Part shown: piece after piece, positions 59,346 to 64,000 of the stretch | How the letters are laid out: every line of letters starts with the position of its first letter | Position numbering within the stretch: the first letter of the stretch is position 1 | Position numbers and translations under genes: made by a program | The notes under the pieces: model-generated | What the model was told of the DNA's origin: nothing | The model's database searches: none | The model's input: the letters and a program-made list of their open reading frames with translations, nothing else | Assembly: GCA_965205675.1 (NCBI GenBank) | Contig: OZ242186.1 | Coordinates: 1,888,001 to 1,952,000 of the forward strand | DNA from: Nitrosopumilus sp. | GTDB lineage: Archaea; Thermoproteota; Nitrososphaeria; Nitrososphaerales; Nitrosopumilaceae | Direction: 5' to 3' | DNA: 64,000 nt

Positions 59346-60743
59346 TTGTCTGAATTTGAAAATCTTATTGCTAAATTACTAGAACAAAAACCAGAATTAA
59401 CTAAAGAGGTACTTGAGGAACAAATTAAACAAAAGAAAGAGAAAATTGGTGCAGGATATCTAACTGATCAAGGTGCATTATTTTTAATTGCATCTGATTA
59501 TGGAGTAACATTATCAGGACCTGAAAAAATAGAAATTGGGCTAAAGGATCTATATGCAGGAGCAAAAGAAATTTCATTAGAAACTAGAGTTTTGAATCTT
59601 TCACCTGCAAAGCAATTTTCTAGAAAAGATGGTTCCCCTTTCTATCTTAGGACAATGACAGTATATGATACAAATTCTACAGCTAGTGTAAAACTATGGG
59701 ATGAAAAAGCTAATCTCCCAGGTGTTGAAAATCTAAAACCAGGAGATTTAATTAAAATAATTAAAGCATATGTTAAATCAGATCTAGACGGTTCACCAAC
59801 AATTAACATTGGTTCTGGATCAAACATAGAAACTGCAGATACAGAAAGTGAAATTCCAACTATTGATACTATTACAAAAGATGTTAGTGAATCTCAAGAG
59901 GGTCAAAAAGATCTAGTAGTAGCAGGATCTATTGATGGGATAATTAGTGGAATGGAATTCACAAATTCTCGCGGTATGCCTGGAAAAGCACTTAGAATGA
60001 GGCTAAAAGGAAAAGATGGAAGTGGAATTAAAGTAGTATTATGGGGAAAAGATGAATCTACTATTCCAAATATGATTTCACAGTCAGCCAAAGTAAGATT
60101 ACTTGGGGTTAGAGTAAAATCAGGAAACCAAGGGTTGGAAATTCATGGTAATGATGCAACGATAATTGAAATTGAAGGGAGCAAAGAAACAGAGCCAATA
60201 ATTACCAGAGTACTTTCAATTATACCTACTGAGAACGGTAAAAATATGATACTAGCTGTTGATAACAAAAAGAATTTGTTTAACATTAGTGATTCTTCAA
60301 ACTCGACAAGTATTTGTGCAGAAGGAGATGTTATAGAATGCATGCCATCAAAAGTTTATGGTAATTCAATTACACTAGATGAAAATTCTTTTGTAAGAAA
60401 ATTAGATGATGATGAATCTATTCCTTCATTATCTCAATTAAGAACAAAAATTAATGATGTAAAAGTAGACGCAAATTATTGCATTGAAGCAATTGTGTTA
60501 AAAGTTCCTGAAAGACGTGAAGTTCAAACAAAATCTGGAGAATCAATAGCACTTTCAGAAATGTTTGTAGAAGACGATACAGGACAAATTTGGGTAAAAG
60601 GCTGGAGAAATCAAGCAAGAATTATTGATAAATGTGAACTAGGTGAAATTATTTCCATTACAGGATTAAATGCAAAAGCAGGACTAGAAAGTAGAATAGA
60701 ACTCTTTGTCACTTCATTCTCTAAAATTACAAAAAAGAATTAA
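59346..60743 (+). CDS. rpa: Replication protein A / multi-OB-fold ssDNA-binding protein
   Basis: GYLT..GAL.LIA N-domain; OB folds F.RKDG...D......LW and DDTG.I....W. Confidence 0.85.
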   Translation: MSEFENLIAKLLEQKPELTKEVLEEQIKQKKEKIGAGYLTDQGALFLIASDYGVTLSGPEKIEIGLKDLYAGAKEISLETRVLNLSPAKQFSRKDGSPFYLRTMTVYDTNSTASVKLWDEKANLPGVENLKPGDLIKIIKAYVKSDLDGSPTINIGSGSNIETADTESEIPTIDTITKDVSESQEGQKDLVVAGSIDGIISGMEFTNSRGMPGKALRMRLKGKDGSGIKVVLWGKDESTIPNMISQSAKVRLLGVRVKSGNQGLEIHGNDATIIEIEGSKETEPIITRVLSIIPTENGKNMILAVDNKKNLFNISDSSNSTSICAEGDVIECMPSKVYGNSITLDENSFVRKLDDDESIPSLSQLRTKINDVKVDANYCIEAIVLKVPERREVQTKSGESIALSEMFVEDDTGQIWVKGWRNQARIIDKCELGEIISITGLNAKAGLESRIELFVTSFSKITKKN

Positions 60744-63484
60744 GAATCCCAAAAACCTCTTGTTACAACATACTGTCTTTCTGCTTCATAGATTTGTTTG
60801 AACAAATGTTCTTCATCAACCATATTTCTCAATATTCTTGCGGCAGTATCAGCACCTACACCATATCCAGAAATTACAGTGATGGCAGTTTTACCAAAGT
60901 TTTCAACTAAAGAGGCCACTTTCCAGGCACGATCAAACTTGTGTTTTTCTTCTGCAGTTAATTTTTTCCCATCATGTTTTTTTCTAATTATTTTAGGTAA
61001 ATCATAATCAGAATAATAGGTTGCAGTGATTTGTCTGGCCTTACAATAGGGACAAATCGTTAAATTTTTTACCTCAAATGTCTGCATGACACGTTCCCAT
61101 TTTCCACAACGAGCACAAACCAAACGATGTTTAGTTTTTTCTAATCTTGCTTTAACAAGATCAATAATACCTTTGTCAAGATTTACTGGAGACGAATAAT
61201 ATTTTGCAGTATGATCTAAAATTGGTTCAGCTAATTTTGAAAACTTATCAATCTCCAACCACGTAACACGAATCTTATCTTCTTTGATCTTTTTTAGAAT
61301 TTTTTCAGAATTTTTTAGATCATATTTATCATGAAATAATTCACGGAGAGCTTCGTGTACAAGAGGAGTCTTAGAATATCGCTCATATAAGAATCTGGCA
61401 GATTTTCTTTCATACACTGCACCACGTCCAACTACACCAAATTTTTTTGCAACACACCAAGTTCTCCAGTTTACATTGTGGGTTCCAGTTAAAGATGTGC
61501 TTACAATAGATTGTAAATCATAATCATCTTTGAGTATTTCAATGAAGAGTTTTTTTGAAATTCTTGATCTAGAAGATAATACAATTCTATATCCATCAGA
61601 ACGAGAATCAACTATAGATCCTAACATAGTAGAAAGCATTGAAGAGAATAATGTTGATAGTGTTGAATTAATTTTAGTTCCTAAACAGGAATGGATTACT
61701 ATTGAACCTTGAGAACGATTAGATTCGATTACAATGTTATTTTCATCAGGAATTTGATCAAAAGTTAATTTTTCGATTATCGTATTGGTTAATCTAAAAT
61801 TTCCATTCTTAACTTTACTACGAAAATTTCCCACTTTTCGTGCAGTTTTATAATCAATTGGAATAGTTTCTCCTTCCCAATATGGTACAGTAATACCTCC
61901 ACCTCTAAAAGGTTCAACATTTACACTAAATGATTTTTCATCTACATTTAGGATTCTCCATTGGGAACCTTTTAAAACAAAAATATTTCCTGAATCTCCA
62001 AAATCACCTACAAATCTCTGATCTAAAGATCCAATGATTTTCTTGCCAACGCTATCAAAGACTTTGAATTTAAGAATATCAGGTATTGTTGAAAGATTTT
62101 CAAAATAATATTTGAAAGCACTTCCTTTTTTCCAATAAGTCATTTTTGTTCTATCAAAAAATACCAAATAATTCGAATCTAACAAATCTAGCACATTTAT
62201 CAGATCTTCAAGTTGTAAATTTCTAAATGAATATGCTTTAGTTACTAAATCAAATGCTTGTTCAATTGAAACCTCACCAAGCTGCATAGATAATCCAACT
62301 AAATGATGAGCTAAAACATCAAGGGAACCAGCATGAATTTTTTGTTCTTCAATTGAACCTTCTTGAATACGATTAAGAATGGCCTGAGCTTCAAATTCAT
62401 CATCAGGATTGTTTGTAACAATTAATCCTTGAGCTGATGCATCACGATTATGTTTACTTCTACCAATTCTTTGAACAAATTTTGATACTTGTCTAGGGGA
62501 ACCATAATGAATGACTAATTCAACTGATCCAATATCTAAACCTAATTCTAATGAAGACGTACAAACTACAATACCACGATTTCCTTGACGCAGAGTTGAT
62601 TCAGTTTCTTCTCTTATCTGTTTTGAAAGAGAACCATGATGTAGTTCAATAGGAATTGATGATTTTTCTTTTAAAATTGATGCTAAAAACTCAGCTTCTC
62701 CTCTAGTATTTGTAAAAAGAAGAATTGGAGAATCCAAGTTTAATTCTAATACATATTCAATGATTTTTTCGGCTACATCTGAAATTGTTCCATTAACATA
62801 TTTTATTTCTACATCATACTTTCTTACAGAAGTATCTCGAATTATTTCACATTTTCGTTTAGTACCGACAATAAATTTTCCTGCTTCATCAAAATTTCCA
62901 ACCGTAGCAGATAATCCAACTTTTGTGAGAGGATATTTTGAATTTAATTCCAATCTTTCAATGCTTAATGATAGTTGAGAACCCCTCTCACTGGATAATA
63001 ATTCATGAACTTCATCTATTACAATCCACTCTAAGTGAGTTAAACCAGTAAGCATTTTGATTTGAGTTAAAAGAATGACCAAAGTTTCAGGAGTTGTGAT
63101 AAGAATATCAGGTGGATTTTCAGTAATTTTTTTTCTATCTTTCTGACTAGTATCACCATGACGAATTTCAATGGTTAGATCATTTTGATGAGCGTATTTG
63201 GTAATTCTTCTAAAAACATCTCGATTTAATGCCCTTAATGGTGTAATGTATAGAATTTTGATTTTTCCAGTTTTTTTAGAATTTTTTACAAGTGAAAAAA
63301 TTGGTATAACTGAACATTCAGTTTTACCAGAACCTGTAGGTGCTATTACCAGACAGTCTTTTTTTTGTAAAATTATTGGTGATGCTTTTTTCTGAATTTC
63401 AGTTAGTTTAGAAAATCCAAAGTTTCCAAATAAAGAATTAAGTAGATGACTCGGTGTTATTTGATCGTGATTTTTCATAGACAA
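60740..63484 (-). CDS. lhr: Lhr-like SF2 DEAD/DEAH helicase
   Basis: APTGSGKT, PLRAL.RD, TTPE, DEVH, SAT, HHGSL, TSSLELG.D, QR.GR; C-terminal CxxC...CxxC. Confidence 0.9.
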   Translation of the reverse strand: MSMKNHDQITPSHLLNSLFGNFGFSKLTEIQKKASPIILQKKDCLVIAPTGSGKTECSVIPIFSLVKNSKKTGKIKILYITPLRALNRDVFRRITKYAHQNDLTIEIRHGDTSQKDRKKITENPPDILITTPETLVILLTQIKMLTGLTHLEWIVIDEVHELLSSERGSQLSLSIERLELNSKYPLTKVGLSATVGNFDEAGKFIVGTKRKCEIIRDTSVRKYDVEIKYVNGTISDVAEKIIEYVLELNLDSPILLFTNTRGEAEFLASILKEKSSIPIELHHGSLSKQIREETESTLRQGNRGIVVCTSSLELGLDIGSVELVIHYGSPRQVSKFVQRIGRSKHNRDASAQGLIVTNNPDDEFEAQAILNRIQEGSIEEQKIHAGSLDVLAHHLVGLSMQLGEVSIEQAFDLVTKAYSFRNLQLEDLINVLDLLDSNYLVFFDRTKMTYWKKGSAFKYYFENLSTIPDILKFKVFDSVGKKIIGSLDQRFVGDFGDSGNIFVLKGSQWRILNVDEKSFSVNVEPFRGGGITVPYWEGETIPIDYKTARKVGNFRSKVKNGNFRLTNTIIEKLTFDQIPDENNIVIESNRSQGSIVIHSCLGTKINSTLSTLFSSMLSTMLGSIVDSRSDGYRIVLSSRSRISKKLFIEILKDDYDLQSIVSTSLTGTHNVNWRTWCVAKKFGVVGRGAVYERKSARFLYERYSKTPLVHEALRELFHDKYDLKNSEKILKKIKEDKIRVTWLEIDKFSKLAEPILDHTAKYYSSPVNLDKGIIDLVKARLEKTKHRLVCARCGKWERVMQTFEVKNLTICPYCKARQITATYYSDYDLPKIIRKKHDGKKLTAEEKHKFDRAWKVASLVENFGKTAITVISGYGVGADTAARILRNMVDEEHLFKQIYEAERQYVVTRGFWDS

Positions 63485-63554
63485 TTACACCAACTAAACC
63501 AAGTGTAAATAAAACTACAGTGATAATTGGTATTGAATCAAAAATTCCTGCCAT
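63438..63554 (-). CDS. Small single-TM peptide (38 aa; not in ORF track)
   Basis: MAGIFDSIPIITVVLFTLGLVGVIVYEKSRSNNTESST*; overlaps the 5' end of lhr. Confidence 0.4.
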   Translation of the reverse strand: MAGIFDSIPIITVVLFTLGLVGVIVYEKSRSNNTESST

Positions 63555-63576
63555 TATTTAACCTAAGAAGAGGCCA

Positions 63577-64000
63577 TTAAAAATCTTCACTATTATCGGA
63601 AAGTCCAATTTTATTAATTCTGTAAGAGAAATTTTCTTTTTTTAATGCCCAATAAATTTGACCAGTAAATTTTGATGAATTTTTAAAAAGATGTATTTTG
63701 ATATGGGTAAAAGGATCAATTGCATTTTGCATATTTTCTACTTCCATATCATTTACAATTCTAATCATGTTAGTAATTATAATTGGAATTTTTTTTATAA
63801 TTGCAAACTTTGATAGCTCATGCATGTATTTCATAAATAATAGATTTTTTTCAAATGTATATTCATTTTTTTGATATTCATATGAAAATAAATCAGTGAT
63901 GTTATCAATCACGATTAAAGAAAAATTATTATTTTCAATATTATGAATTGATTTGATTTGTTCTGAAGTATTTGTGATTCTAGATACAGTTATTTTTTCC
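63577..64000 (-). CDS. RadA/RadB paralog (C-terminal part; gene runs off the window)
   Basis: Frame is open to the window edge: ITVSRITNTSEQ...FSLIVIDNITDLF (Walker B)...LSKFA....IPIIITN. Confidence 0.75.
   Translation of the reverse strand, partial: EKITVSRITNTSEQIKSIHNIENNNFSLIVIDNITDLFSYEYQKNEYTFEKNLLFMKYMHELSKFAIIKKIPIIITNMIRIVNDMEVENMQNAIDPFTHIKIHLFKNSSKFTGQIYWALKKENFSYRINKIGLSDNSEDF

Noticed and set aside
1015-63395. Many 60-180 aa ORFs antisense to or nested within long genes (e.g. 1015, 3390, 14068, 27978, 47327, 50881)
   Set aside because: Shadow ORFs of well-supported genes with no recognisable motifs

Overview
AT-rich archaeal DNA whose gene set points to an ammonia-oxidising thaumarchaeon of the Nitrosopumilaceae (TFE, NAC, S19e, GatDE, PurP, Trm56, GTP cyclohydrolase IIa, Cdc48, archaeal SRP RNA, DnaK/DnaJ/GrpE). 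Most of the window is housekeeping: cobalamin (cbiB, cobQ, cobD), asd, heme O synthase, UbiD/UbiX, a riboflavin cluster, purine genes, Tat, chaperones, RPA and an Lhr helicase. An accessory island at about 6.5-11.3 kb holds an IS5 remnant, a convergent pair of uncharacterised genes (a GGCT-like enzyme and a putative double-psi-barrel protein with two TM helices) and a nested IS: an IS630 inside a DDE_Tnp_1 IS that has 15-bp TIRs and an 8-bp target duplication. Two paralogous Trp-periodic amphipathic helical proteins (phasin- or apolipoprotein-like) lie either side of the island. Many long gaps between ORFs contain decayed genes (IS5 x2, IS1595, CBS protein, RHH protein, carbamoyltransferase, and a tRNA-Leu lacking its anticodon loop), which suggests ongoing genome erosion, possibly in a host-associated lineage. 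Several small ORFs missed by the ORF track were read by eye (tatA, two Zn-finger peptides, two single-TM peptides). All calls come from motif recognition; no database search was run.
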